From the NCBI RefSeq assembly GCF_009914755.1, contig NC_060925.1: DNA of 64,000 nucleotides, one strand, 5' to 3'. The first letter of the stretch is position 1, and each line of letters opens with the position of its first letter. The notes under the pieces were generated by a model. It was given only the letters and a program-made list of their open reading frames with translations. It made no database searches and was not told the DNA's origin. Position numbers and translations under genes: made by a program. This document shows, piece by piece, positions 25,051 to 40,544 of the stretch. The DNA is from the human T2T-CHM13v2.0 reference genome, Homo sapiens.

Positions 25051-25844
25051 GATTCCCTTCGCCTCAAGCCTGGCTTAGCGCTCTCCGGACCAGGCTTAGG
25101 CCTCCCCTTGTCACAGTGGAGCCTTGGATAGGCATGTGCCATCACTTCTGCAGTGCCCACCTTAACTGCCTGCCCACCAGACGTGGGATCCTGCCTTGCT
25201 TCCCTGGCCCATGTGGGCCTGCTGATGGCTCCAACCTGCCTGGCAGGAGTTCTCAGGCTATGATCATTCTGAGATCATTCAGGCTTGTAGAGACACAGGG
25301 GGTGAGGCTTCATTCTCAGGTTATGATCAAGACTCATGCCCAGCATACTTATTCTTGGAAATAGCACCGTGCAGGCAGGCAAGGTACTGGCAGGTATGGA
25401 TCAAGGCTGGGAACCTCTGTCAGACTTCACGTAAAGAACTAAAGGCTGCTCATGAATGAAGGCAGCTGTGGCTGGCCTGCCCTCTCCTTCATGTCTCTTT
25501 CTAACAATGTCCAAATTAATGTTCTCCAGCTCTGCAGAGGAAATATTCTAAAGCATAGTAGTTTAAACTAAAGAAGGACTAAAAGTCTGACAAAACTTCT
25601 ACCATGTAATTTATGTGTGCTGAGCTGATGTGGATGGGTATATGTTCGTGGTCAACCAGGGAGCCTTCCACATTCTCGAGTCAAGTTGGAGTGGTGTTTA
25701 TTGTGGTCTAGGGAACTCTTTGGACAGGCAAGACTCCAGGCCAGTGTTTATGACAATGGGGGATCTCTAGATCACCTTTCCCAGGACATCCAGGGATGCT
25801 TGTGCACATCTGCACACTACATTTTAGGAACTCTATCCTTCCTT

Positions 25845-26149
25845 CTTTTTTTTTGTTTCTGTTTTTTGAGACAGAGTCTCGCTCTGTTGCCCAGGCTGGA
25901 GTACAGTGGTATGATCTCGGCTCACTGCATCCTCCACCTCCTGAGCTCAAGAGATTCTCCTGCCTTCATCTCCCAAGTAGCAGGGATTATAGGCATGTGC
26001 CGGCACACCTGGCTGATTTTTGTAGTTTTAGTAGAGATGGGGTTCCACCATGTTGGCCAGGCTGCTCTTGAACTCCTGACCTCAAATGATCTGCCTGCTT
26101 CGGCCTCCCAAGTGCTGGGATTACAGGCGTGAGCCACCACTCCCAGCCC
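25845..26149 (-). mobile_element. AluS
   Basis: Full dimer. Confidence 0.96.
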
Positions 26150-26565
26150 ATCCATCCTTCTTGACTCCATCTCCATCCTTCTCCACTCACTCTGCACCAG
26201 CCACCGTGGTCTTCCCAACTTGAACACCCTAAGCATTACCCCTGGAGCCTCTGCTTCCACTCCTCCTCTTGCCTGGGAACTCTTTCTTCCCCCATCTCCT
26301 TCAGGACTCATCAGAGAGCATCTCACTGGCCATCCTTCATAAAACGGCACCCCCCACAAACTACTATTCCCTTATCATGGTGATTTTTCTTCTTACAACT
26401 TAGCTTCAGACCCATTACTACTTATTTTTTATTTACCATCTGTCTGTCTCCTACAAAATCAAGCTCCATGAAGACAGGTTTTCATTTTCATTTTTTTCAC
26501 TGCCGTCTGCTCAGTTCATAAAACAGCCAGGCCCCTAGTAGGCCTTTAATACTTGGTCAATAGAT
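26150..26565 (+). mobile_element. L2a 3' region
   Basis: cactctgcaccagccac...gcctgggaactctt...aagctccatgaagacagg. Confidence 0.75.
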
Positions 26566-26629
26566 GTGGGACTTGACCTTCAATTTGGCCTGTTGTCCAT
26601 ATATGTAGTGAATTAGGTAGAAAGCTATC

Positions 26630-26745
26630 ATTAATCACTTTACACAGATGAGGAAACTGAAATTCAGAGAGGTTAAGTGACTTGCCCAGGGTCACTAACT
26701 AGTTAGAGAGAAGGTCATAACCAGAACCCAGATATCCTGAATCTC
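26630..26745 (-). mobile_element. MIR core
   Basis: acagatgaggaaactga..cagagaggttaagtgacttgcccagggtcac. Confidence 0.9.
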
Positions 26746-27396
26746 AATATTATGCAAATGATGTGAGCCATTTGTGACTCCTTAATTCTTCAGCCCATTT
26801 CCCAAAGGACACCATGTTGTGTTGCCTTAAAGACTGCCTTTAAATGGAGCACTGACTCCATTTAAGCTTGATTGATTCTGCTCACAGACTTCTCAGAAAT
26901 TGGAATTTAGAGGTGATAGGCAGAGACTAGTGCTTTTTAGTACAAACCACTTTTCGGTTTGTCCAGCGTCTACTCTGAACTCTGTTTATTCCAAGTCTAA
27001 TGCAGAAAATACATGTACTAAAAAACAAATTTAAAATAAATGATAAGTGAGTTAGAAACTGCCTGGGGATGTCAGGAACTTATGCACCGTGCTATGTGGG
27101 TTTTGAGTAAATATTTGCTTTGCAAGCCAGGAAGCAATATGTATTTACCAAGGCAGTCTCAGGCTGAAGGGCACACATGCTACTTCTGGGGCTTGGCACG
27201 ATCTCTCCAGAGAAGTGTGCACGTGGGCCTAAGCACCACGGCGTTCTGCAGAGAGGAGGCAGCTTGGCATCAGAAACCCGGGTTCTCATTTGAATTCTGC
27301 CCCTCTCTAGTTGGGCAAATTTGGGCAACTTACTGCTCTCTCTGGGCCTTTTTAGCCCTTAGCATCCTATGACTTTAAGACAGACCTGAAAGACTT

Positions 27397-27830
27397 GTAT
27401 CAAAATAAAAATAGTTAGAAAGAATAATAAGACCTAGTATTTGATAGTACGACAGGGTGACTATAGTCAATAATAATTTCATTGAACATTTAGAAATAAC
27501 AAAAAGAGTATAAATAACAAAAAAGAGAACATTTAGAAATAACAAAAAGAAATAACAAAAAGAGTACACAGATGAGGAAACTGAAGTTCAGAGAGGTTAA
27601 GTGACTTGCCCAGGGTCCCCAACTAGTTAGAGAGGAGGTCATAACCAGAACCCAGGCATCTTAACACAAGACATAAATACTTGGGGGGATGGATACCCCC
27701 TTTTCCATGACGTGATTATTAAACATTGCATGCCTGTATTGAAGTATCTCATGTACCTCATAAATATATGCACCTACTATGTACCCACAGAAATAAGAAA
27801 TAATAAAATAATTAAAAGTAAAAATTAAGA
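27397..27830 (+). mobile_element. L1MA-type 3' end carrying a complex insertion
   Basis: cagggtgactatagtcaataataatt...gatggataccc...cacctactatgtacccac and A-rich tail. Confidence 0.9.
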
Positions 27831-28179
27831 AATAGTTTTCTGGTCAGGAAATGGTTCAGACGTGAGAGGGCGGGGAAGAAGTTGTGAGTGCTTTCCTGTC
27901 TCTTTCTTCTTCTATCTTTTCCATTGAGTTAACTCTTTTCTCTCTTGTTTTTACTCTCAATTCAAGCATGTCTTTCTCTAAGCACTTGTAACCAATGCCA
28001 GAACTTCCTGAGGGCCTTTGCTGTGTTCTTCAACAACAACTAGTACCTGTGCCGAAAACAATCTGTGCTTTCAGGATAAGTGTTTGGCTATGTGGGGTGA
28101 TGCGGTGGGCAGTGCCTAGAGGTTCCTCTGTCTAAAACATCACTCATCAGATCACACAGTGGGAAAGATGCTCACCGAA

Positions 28180-29100
<921 letters not shown>

Positions 29101-29379
29101 CTCACCTCTGCAGAGTGTACAGCCCCTCTCTGGAGGGAGGCAAGGCTGGAGAACCAGGGAATGGGTGACCGGGTGAGAGAAATCATAGAGCAGAGGAATC
29201 TTTTGATTCCAAGAGCAGGTCCAGCTGTGGAGCTTCCAGAGCAGGTTTTGTCTGCTGTTCTTTCTCAGACCCCTGTGGTTCCTTTTCTCCATGTGGCCAC
29301 AGCATTCTCAAACTTGATTTTAATACATTCTGGGGTTTTGTCACATTAGAACAATGGGATACAACCCCTTTGAGCATGA

Positions 29380-30130
29380 GAACTGTTTCTTAACGTAAAA
29401 GACTTCACCCCCACGTCACGGTTCTGGTGCTTTTAGTATCTGTTAATTGAGAAAATAACTAAGGAACAAAAGCCTCCAGGAGATGGAGGCACACTTGAGA
29501 ATTACCCACGTCTATATGGGAGCCAGGATTTAACCAGTCTGTTGACATGGCTGTTGTAACGTATGCATCTGTGGAGCCATCTGAAAGAACTCTGCACCCC
29601 CCACCCCCAAGGGGTTGGGAACCGTTGCGCTGGAACATGTGTGTTAAGAAGCCACATAGACATCTGTCCCCAGAGTGCAGTGCATGGCTGCCTTCTCTGT
29701 AAACCGTGGGGTGCATAAACTCAGCTGGTTCTAATTGCACAGGGCATGCCATATTGTTGCCCGATGTAATGTCAATTTTTATTTATTTGTGTTTGTGAAA
29801 AGCAGGGCTGATTAGACCACTTAAAACTACACAGGCTGGTTAGAGCCAGGCTGGCGTTAGTGATTTCAGCTGCCCTCCCCAAAGTCATCAGCGCTCCCAG
29901 CTCTCAGCCTCCCTCTGAGAATATAAAATAGGGGCCTTGTGCTATCATGATTTCTATTTCATCCTGACTCTTATAAACTACCATATAAAAAGCAGCCGCT
30001 GATGGTTTTTTTACATTTCAATTTCATTTTGAGGCTTGGAAAATCACAAAATAAAAATAGCCCTGAGAGTGGAAAGTTTGGGGGAGTTTGTTTAGCTTTC
30101 TTTGAAATATGCTTTGTGAAGAAATGTCAG
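29380..30130. promoter_or_regulatory. Candidate enhancer in a repeat-free block
   Basis: CACGTCA, NKX-type CACTTGA (29492-29498) and CACTTAA (29818-29824), two CAGCTG E-boxes, near-MEF2 ATAAAAATAG (30051-30060). Confidence 0.4.
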
Positions 30131-30174
30131 TCATGAGATCTCTCTTGGTGGAGTGCTTTACTGTTGGTGTAATT

Positions 30175-30360
30175 TTTTTACATCGCTTTCTCCTGTGTAA
30201 TCCTAAGGGAGACCCTGTGAGGTGTGAATGATTACTATCCTCATTCTGCAAATGAGACAGAAGCTCAGAGAGATGAAAAGACTGGCCTGGGCCAAGATGG
30301 CATGACCGGGAATGGCAGAGTCAGTCCAGGTAAATCCTCACCCCAAATCCTGGCCTCCCC
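30175..30360 (-). mobile_element. MIR
   Basis: ccctgtgaggt...cattctgcaaatgagacagaagctcagagag. Confidence 0.8.
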
Positions 30361-30769
30361 TTACAATCTTACGTCTCTCCATGCCTGGTTCCTGCCTTCC
30401 TCCTTCCTCAGGTGTCCAGACCATGTCTGGACAAACATAGGCTCTGGCTTAGTCACCAGGCAACTTCCTTCCTGCCAAGAAACCTACTGCTCGGTATAAG
30501 ACTATTTACTTACAGATCCTCTGGGTCCCCTTGCAGGTGGCCAGCTCCTTGAGGACAGGGCATTTGACTTTGTCAACCCTGTGTCCTTAGGACCCAGAAG
30601 AGGGTTTAGTACATAGTAGATACTCGGTTAATGTCCTCCAGATGGAAGCATTATTGAATAAGAAAGGTTTTTTTTTTTTAATCATTCTATTTCATTCCAT
30701 TTTGGTCCTGATTATAAATTGGCCATTAAGAGATTGATTAAGGTCTTGAAGTTATTACTGGGCTTATCA

Positions 30770-30915
30770 TTTTCTAAACTGTGTTTTGAGGAATGTTCTG
30801 AGATATGTCAATAGGCATTCCCCTAAAATTAAAATTTTCGTGGTCATAGAAGTTTGGGGAATACTGATTAAATAAAATCAACAGGCTTTTTTAATTGCAG
30901 TTGTTCTCAAAGCAT
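30770..30915. mobile_element. hAT-Charlie relic (same family as 2190-2430)
   Basis: tcgtggtcatagaagtttggggaatactg...aacaggctttttt. Confidence 0.45.
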
Positions 30916-31299
30916 AGATCCTTCTCCAGGTCTGGTTCCCTTCAAGATCTCCCCATCTGTATGAGTTGGAGGCATACTTCTCCTTTCTCACAGTTGTTTA
31001 ATGAATAACTTTTAAACACACACATCTGCACTTGTACACGGAACTCTTGTCCTGAGCGGCCCATCGTTTGCAGGGCTGCTTCTCTCACGGTGTCACCAGT
31101 TCTCAGCAAAGCCACGAGTGTGTATGTTTCTCTTCTTTATCACCTTCTCTGCCTCCACGCATAGCCAGGCCATAGACCTCCCAGTGCCTGAAAAACTCCC
31201 TTCCCTTTTGCCTAAAAAGTACTAAAGTCTCTTTCATTTAAAGAAATATTTCCTTGTTCATACTGCTTCCTCAGCCTGTGGCTCCCTTTTACTTCTGCT

Positions 31300-34232
31300 C
31301 TTTGACTTCAAACTTTCTTGAGGAGTTGAGCACATCTGAAGTCACAATGCCTTCCTGAGGGCAGTCTGCCTCCAATGAGTAGTGAATGCAGAGGAGTCAA
31401 GCCAGCCTCTTTGCCCCAAGTCAGGATTACTCTGCAGGTCCATCCAAGCTCCAAAGCTCCACCTGGGATTAGCTGAGACCTTTGCTTCAACACGCCAACT
31501 TCCTCTAGCCAATTCTGTTCCTTCACGTCTGTCAAGGTATTTATTCCAAGAATGCTCCCCAGTTCCTATATGCTGATGTCCATCTCCAAGTCTGCTTCCC
31601 AGGAGACCCGACCTGCAGCAGTTGGTTCTTGGAGTAGCCAAGAATGTAAATATTAATGGGAAAATTTTAAGCTGCATTTTGAGCTGGCAATAAGAACGCC
31701 ATCATTGGTGGTAGATGGAATAGAGATGGCTCCTGGCACAAAGCAGTACAGTTGTGAAAATTGCCATCATGGTGAACTGGAAAGGTATATACATGCAAGG
31801 AATATTGTGGTTGGTCAGGTGTTTGGGTAATATGGAGTCATAAAGAGAATGAAGTTGGATGGATGTATCTGAGAGTTATTGATGCTTTTGAGAAAGATAA
31901 TGAAAGGCTGAGAGTATATATTTAGCAGCATAGAAAGAAATTCTCATCTCCTGAGATCTGGAATAGAAAGAGCTGAGGATCAGGCCCAGGATTTAATTAT
32001 AAGAGAAGTAGAGCTTCTAGACCCTGATGGGGCTATTCCACCAAGGTTGAGTCCCAACCGGGAAGAAATGGAACCCTGTGTTATGGCAGGAGGACATCTG
32101 AGTTGATGCACTTCAAAATCTTGAGTGTCCAGATTCCCCTGAATTCTTTGGGCTGGCAGAAGTAGCCCCCCACTCCTTCTTAGAGGCCAGTGCTTCCCCT
32201 GTGCTTGTAGACAATGTAGAGACCATTACCCTTCAAGTGAACACATGACCTCCCTCTTTACTCACCTTTTGGCCACCAGACAAAAAAAGATAGAATTAAA
32301 TCAAAACACATCCTTGCCAGGAAAGTACTGAGCCTATTCAGGGAAGAAAGAAACTAGATTTCAGGGAAGCTGTAGGACCTAACCCACAAGTACAGAAGCT
32401 GGGAGAGTATGTGTGGGCCTGGACTCTGAGAGTGCTGGATCAAGGGGAGACCGACCATACAAGTGGATGAGGGAGAGTTTATAGGTATGGCAGCAATCTC
32501 CCTGCCTAGGACCCTGGGAGGCAGTGTTAGCGCACCTCCCGGTGACTCTTAGAAGGCTGGAGAGGGCTATAACCCACAAAAGTGAAGTGGAAATACCAGA
32601 GTCACTATGGAAGACATTGAAAGGAGAGATTGAATGGCTCAGAGAACTGTGCATACCAGAATGAATAAAGTATGTAAGGCTGGTAAATCCACCAGAAGAC
32701 TCTTGCGCAGGTGGGCTCCGGAAACACTTCGTTTGCCAATGCAATAAGCAACACACTGACAAAAAGACCATCATCACGGAGAAGCTCAGTGATGGCCACT
32801 CTCTATAGACTAGAGTTAATGCTGGGAGATTTGGGCTCCTAATAACAGTAGGGATGATTAGATATTAAAAATAGAGGCCAGGTTTCAGCATTTAACTATG
32901 AGAAGCAAGGGAGGTGCAATTATCATAGTAACAATAGGAATGATAAGATCTCGATAACAATAGGGATGATAAAATCTCAAAAATAGAGGCCAGATTTCAG
33001 GATTTAACTGTGAAAAGCAAGGTTGGCACAATTATCATAGTAAGTGGCAAGATAGAAAAGCCCAATCTGCTATGGAGATGGTGTAATGTCCCCAGTAGGT
33101 CAAATACGCAGGTCTAGGAACCAAGGGGTTTGTGTAGGAATAGCCCCCTTATCATCACCTTCAGTTATTCACTTGGGGAATTTGTGCTTCATTTTCACAG
33201 CCCTGGTTTCTAGAGGCTTAGCAGTGTTGGCTCACAGAGGGGAAAATGCTTCCACCAAGGGACACAGCAAGAATCCCATTAAATGTTAAGCCACATCTTT
33301 CTCTCTAGTCCCTTCAGGATCCTGGCAGGAGTAATTGATCCTGACCATCAGGAAGAGGTAGCACTGGTGTTACACAATGGGGGCAGGGAAGAATATGTTT
33401 GGCACCCAGGTGATCCATTTGAGTGTTTCTTGATACTTTTTGCCCAGTTTTGATGATAAATAGGTAAGTGTAGGAGTCATTGCCTGAGAAGGGCAGAGGA
33501 ACAAGATTTCAAATCCCTCGGATATGAAGGTCTGGGCACCCTCACCAGGTAAGCTATCTAAACCTGCAGAGGCAGTAGCTGAGACTGAGGGGAGTGATAG
33601 GAGACGAAGAAGATGCTGAGTATCTGTTTTGTCCTTGGGATCAGGTGCAGCAGGCAACACATTAGTTTACAGCATTAACCTTCCTCTTTTAAGTTTCTCT
33701 AGAAAAAGAGGTCCACTAGAATCCTAAAAGATCTGCTTTCAGGACACACACCAAAGGAGTGGATCTGAGCAACATGAGGCATGGACTGGCATGGATGTTG
33801 TGGTGCCCCAGCCAAATTCTGTCTCCCCACCCCCAGGATCAAAGCACTCATTCCCCCAGCTACTAAGAGTGTTGACAATTGACAGCATATGGCTGAGTCC
33901 GGTCCCAGAGGCTGCCCTCAGCTGAAGAGAGTTGCCTCGCTCAATGCCACACACCTTCCTTAAGGGCAGCCCTGAGCATAATGGGTCATTGCTGCATGGT
34001 CATAAAAGCTCAGCCCCATTGCCCCAATTAGGAACAATGCTTCAGGGCTCTTCAAACACCAGAGCTCTCTATGGAATGGGATGAGGGCTTTTTTGTGACT
34101 GCGTCACCACCCAGCTTCACTCTGTGCCCAGTCCTATTCCTTTGCTTCTTCCGCAGATCGCAGTTCTGAGAGCCCTCCCAAGTGAGTTTTCAGCATGCTA
34201 ATCTTTTACTCAGAGTCTGTGTTCCGGAGAAC
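31300..34232 (+). mobile_element. Decayed ERVL-class provirus: LTR16C-like / ERV3-16-like internal region / LTR16C-like
   Basis: Two related LTRs (~31300-31620 and 33787-34232), PBS-like gttggttcttggagt at 31621, PPT-like purine stretch before 33787, gag- and dUTPase-region relics (gagtaattgatcctgaccatcagga); no intact ORF. Confidence 0.75.
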
Positions 34233-35102
34233 AGGGAGGCAATACAAAGCAACCTGCAGTTCCAAACAACAATAAATTCCAAGCTGGATAATCAAAAAAT
34301 ATGTATATATTAATATATATGTGGAGATATATGTATAGGCAAATCATGGCAAAACTTCAGAAAATCAAAAAAGATATTTAGAGATGGGAAGAAGGAAAAG
34401 ATAATGTCAGAAAGGCAAAACTTTTCTCAATAGAGCAGCAATTTTTCTGAGGGCTGACTTCTCTAGAGAAAATATTGAAGCCAGAAAAGGGTGAAATGAA
34501 ATGGTCAATGCAGTGACATAAAATAACCTAGAATCTCATACCCAGGAAAATAACCAGTCAAAAATAAGGGCAAAATACGAACGTTTCAGAAAAAAACAAA
34601 AATACAAAGTTTACAAACAACAGACACTGAATAAATGTTTGTTAAGGAATATATCTCAGACAGAATAGATGGAGGGTGCAAGGACAGATGGTGAATGTGT
34701 ATTTTGGCAAATTTACAGATAAAACTTAAGAAAACGTTTAATTTATGAAATGATAATAATGTCTAGTGTCTGTTGGGGGCAAAGAGCCTAGAATAGACAA
34801 AAGTAGCATGTGAATTTAGAGGAGTGGGAGATCAGATTTAAGGCACCCTGAAGTCATAGTATGTTTGGGGAAAAAAATACTATTTAAACTTTGTCCAAAA
34901 GAATGACATAGCACTTTAATTAATTAATTCCAAACTTGTAGGGGAAGAACTAGGATGGGGAAGAGAAAAAATGCAGTCAATCCAAAGGAGGTAGGAAGGG
35001 TGGGTGTAAAACAGGAAAGGCAGAATGAATAGAAGGATAAATAGAATTAAGAGAGTAGACATAAATCCAAATAAGTCAGTAATCAAAATAAGGGGAAAAA
35101 AT

Positions 35103-35220
35103 TCTGGGCATAGTGGTGCACCCTTGTAATTCTGACTACTTGGGAGGCTGACGTGGGAGAATTGCCATAGCTCAGGAATTCAAGATCAGCCTGGCCAATA
35201 TAGCAAGACCCCATCTTGAA
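35103..35220 (+). mobile_element. Alu monomer (FLAM_A-like)
   Basis: ctgggcatagtggtgcac...tacttgggaggctga...caagaccccatct. Confidence 0.85.
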
Positions 35221-35425
35221 AGAAAAAGAAAGCAAGAAGGAAGGAAGGAAGGGAGGGAGGAAAGAAGGAGGGAAGGAGAAGAAAGGAAGAAAGAAAGAGG
35301 GGAGGGAGAGAGAGAAGAAAGAAAGAAAGAAAGAAAGAAAAAGAAAGAAAGAGAGAAAGAAAAAGAAGGAAGGAAGGAAGGAAAGAAGGAAAGAAGAAAA
35401 AGAAAGAAAGGAAATAAGAAAGGAA
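35220..35425. repeat. Polypurine (AAAG/AAGG/GAGG)n tract
   Basis: About 200 bp almost purely A/G. Confidence 0.95.
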
Positions 35426-35795
<370 letters not shown>

Positions 35796-36929
35796 TTAAA
35801 ACACCAAGACCCTCATACCGCATAGAAACAAACTCCAGCTATGTCCTTTCTACAAGAGACTAACTAAATAAAATACAAGGACAAAAAAAGTTTGAATGTC
35901 AAAGCCTAGAAAAAATATGTCAGGAAAATATTAACCAAAAGAAAGCAGGCCAACAAAACAAAACAGACTTTGAGGAAAAAAGCATTTAAAAAGATAAAAT
36001 CACTACATAATGGTAAGAGTTTCGATTTGTTAGGAACATAACAGTTGAAAACTTATATTTACCTAATAATACACCTTCAAAATATAGAAACAAAAACGGT
36101 TTGATCTATGAAGAGGCATTAACAAATCCTTCACTATTTTAATACAGCTTTCTTGGTTATTGCTAGATCAAGTAGAAAACAATGTTGGCAAAGATATTTG
36201 AGATTTGAACAGCATCATGTAAAAGCTTTCAGGACACTGCTTTGATTTATCATCTCCCCCAGGTCTCCACTTCACCTCATAAACATTCCCATCGCTCTTG
36301 TCCTGACTTTTTCGTTCACACATCTCAGGGTAGTCCTTGATTTGTGTCTGCGCCACCAGTTTTATTATCTGCCTCTGGTTTGCGGCTTTACTCATATTCT
36401 CAATTTTGCCTTCATAGTTTCTTAAGCAAGATTTCTCTCTTCCAGTATCTTAGCCAAAGAGAAGCCTAAGCAGGGCTAGACTTTAACCCCCTTGTCTTCC
36501 TCAAATTACAAAAGGAGTTGGGGGACAGGTTCAGACATCATATAAATGTTAGTGCTTGGCACATGTTAGGTAAGTGCTCATAAATGTATGTAGAACAAAA
36601 GCAATAAATATTAACTTATTTGAAGGATTTTTCTCCCAGCATCATTTACTTCTAGATCAAAGTGCTTAGTCATATCAGACCCTAATCCCTAAATGCACAG
36701 AGCTTTGTCCATTTTCCTTCTCCCAGCCCTGCATCCCTACACATTCCAGGTCTTTATCTTTCTTCTCTAGTCCCTACCTCCTACAACTTAGTGCCAACCA
36801 CAGAATGACAGAGGCTGGGGATGGTTCTTCCAGTAGAGCTCATGGCAGAGACAGCAGTGGTATATGGAAACTACCTCATATGCAGCGCTCTCCCAGCTGA
36901 CAGCCTTCTTAGAAAATGAGAATTCATCT

Positions 36930-37210
36930 GGCAATAAATAACAAGGGCTACAGAGCTGTTCCTACTCTTTGACCCAGTAATTCCACTTCTGGGAATTTTC
37001 TCTAAGGAAATAACTTAAGGGGGAAAAAAATCCATCTGTCTAAAGATGTTCACAGCAGATCAATTCATAAGAAAGGAAAACTGGAAACAATCCAAATTCC
37101 CAGTATTGGGGAAATGGCAGGCAGATTGTGACACAGTATCACAATGGAATACACTATAGCTATTACAAAGGGCAGTTATATGCACTAGGCCAATTCTTGG
37201 AAGTGTACTT
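36930..37210 (+). mobile_element. L1ME 3' fragment
   Basis: tttgacccagtaattccacttctgggaatt...aaagatgttcac...aactggaaacaa. Confidence 0.75.
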
Positions 37211-37214
37211 GTGA

Positions 37215-37771
<557 letters not shown>

Positions 37772-38195
37772 CTAGAGTTTATTTTTAATTGTCTTAATAA
37801 TGGTAAATGTTTAAAATTTTTTTAAAAAGAGGAATGAAACAGATCTGTCTCATGAAGACCAGGCCCGACCATAGCTCGATCCAAGGGTCTGTGCCATGTA
37901 GACACCCACATTACCTATCTGTCTCCATTATATACCCAAATACCCTGAGAGGCTTGTTCAGTGCGCACATGCTTTCTTCCCTGAACCCCTGCTCTGCATT
38001 CAAACTTTATGTCTGTGACACAGTGAGCTACTGCTTGTGGTAGAAATATGGATATTTATTTTTGGTTTGTTTGGAGCCAGAAAGAAAGATTGAAAATCAC
38101 TGGTTAAAATATTGTCCTCAAAAGGTCCATGTGAAAACCCAGGAGCTTGTGACACAAATGAGAAGAATGAATGTTTTCCAATTTTCAACATATGA

Positions 38196-38640
<445 letters not shown>

Positions 38641-39539
38641 AAGATCTATTTTAAACACACCCACACACCCCTGGCATTTGCCCTTAGAAACTGTTAGAAC
38701 AACATGTCTACCTTGCCCTTTACCTTGATATCGTTGAATTTTGCCACTGACAAAATGTCCTGGTTCTTGGGCTAATGATGTCTCAACGAAAGATAAGGAT
38801 TAGAAATACTTTGTTTCTAAAGATCTTCTGTTCTTTAGCTGATGCCTGCGTTTCTGTTCCTTGTCCTTCCCTAGTACATTCACCAAGCAAAGTTGCAATG
38901 GCAGGAGCCCTTCTGGCTTCTCCTAGGGCCACCTGCACCTGCCTGCAGTCCAGATGGCTGACTTCCCCACTTCCTCCTTCATTACCTCTCATTAGAGAAG
39001 CAATTGGACCACAGGTTTGGACTGACCAATGAATAAAGGGCAAGGGGCCACTTCAAGGTATTTTTAGTCTTAAAGAAACTATAAAACCAACCAAGACACA
39101 GCAATGGGAGGACTCCAGGCTCGAAGGCAGTAGGCCCAGAGGACAGCTCGGCATGAGTGCACCAGCTTCAGAGTTGTGCTTCTTGGCTGTTCTTCAGAGT
39201 CAGCAGTTGTTCCCTCAATGACTTTGCAGAAGTGGCAAGATGAGGTTGGTGGGGAGAGACAAGCGGCATGGGTTTGTAAGACCCTTACTGTCAGCTGACC
39301 CACCCGCCCTGCTAGGTTCCGGCTGCCGTGACCACAGCCTTCTAGTTAAAAGTAATACTTTTCTTCATATTTTATGGCAGATAGTTGGGATTTTGACTTT
39401 GCCATTGCAAATACACAGAAAGGAAACAATAACCCCGGGGGTGAGGAGCGGGCAGAATAATTCAAGATATTAAAGTCAGAACTGGGTCACTGGGCAGGAA
39501 TTAGAAGAGGGAGCTTGTGCTGTACAGACCTCTAGGAGA

Positions 39540-39940
39540 TACCAGCAAATACAGTGCTTACTTGCACTGTGACTTTGAGCCAGGTGCTTAACCTCTCTGA
39601 CCTTGAGGTTCCTTATCTGTAGAATGGGCTAATCCTTCCCATGATGCAGAGTTGTTATAAATATTAGAGAAAATGTGTCCAACATACCTGGCTATTAGTG
39701 CCCAGAGTGACCTTAATATGGAAATAGCATCTGGTCAGAATGAAGGGTCCCACCCTCCATGTGCCCTGAACACACAGATAGTATAACTACAACCATGCAC
39801 TATCCCACCATATTTTAATGGCATGCGGTCTTTCTCACTGGTGTGTAAACTGTGAGGAGAGACTAAGATTCATCTCTGTGTCCTCAGGGTGTGGCTGGTA
39901 CCTGGCACCATGTCAGGCTCAGAGTGGATATTTTTGTACT
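39540..39940 (+). mobile_element. MIR followed by an L2 3' end
   Basis: gcttaacctctctga...ttccttatctgtagaatggg; ttcatctctgtgtcctcag...cctggcac. Confidence 0.7.
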
Positions 39941-40054
39941 TTGAAATTGTAAATTAGTATTTAGATGATGAAAACCCCTCATTCTTTCTCTCTTTCCTCT
40001 GCATTTGCCTCTTTTGTTTCTTAAATGTAAAGGAATTTAAACCAAATAGGCTTT

Positions 40055-40460
40055 TTGTGATCAGATTGGGCTAGGCTGTGTTTCAGTAACAGCCCACTCT
40101 GAAATCTCAGTGGCTTAACTTAACAAAAGTTTATTTCTGACTCATGCAAAGTCCCCTGTGGTTATGGGCGACTCTCCAGGGCAGCTGTTCTCCATACAGT
40201 GGCTCAGAAACCCCAGGCGCCTTTGATCCGGTGGCTCCATCATCTCAGCACAAGGCAAAGCGAGAGCCCCTGGAGAGCTGCACCCTCCAGGCTGTGCTTC
40301 AGCCCAGAAGTGCTACCTGTCACTTCCCTGCAGAGCCCCTTGGCCAGACGTAGTCACGTGGCCACATCTAACTGCAAGATAGCTGGGAAGAGTAGTTTTC
40401 AGTGTGCCCAGGATGGAGAGCTGAACTGGATCTTAAGGTGTCCTAATCATGCCCAGTGTA
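40055..40460 (-). mobile_element. MLT1K/L-like MaLR LTR
   Basis: aaatctcagtggcttaa...aagtttatttct...tagtcacgtggccacatctaactgcaag. Confidence 0.8.
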
Positions 40461-40544
40461 AGGGCTCAAGCTAAAATGCAAAACAACCAAAAGCAAAAGT
40501 GGAAAAATCACCCACATTTGTTGTTCCTTTTATGAAACATACAT

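Noticed and set aside
27484-27566. CRISPR-like repeat array
   Set aside because: Eukaryotic context, no spacers; explained as local duplications in an L1
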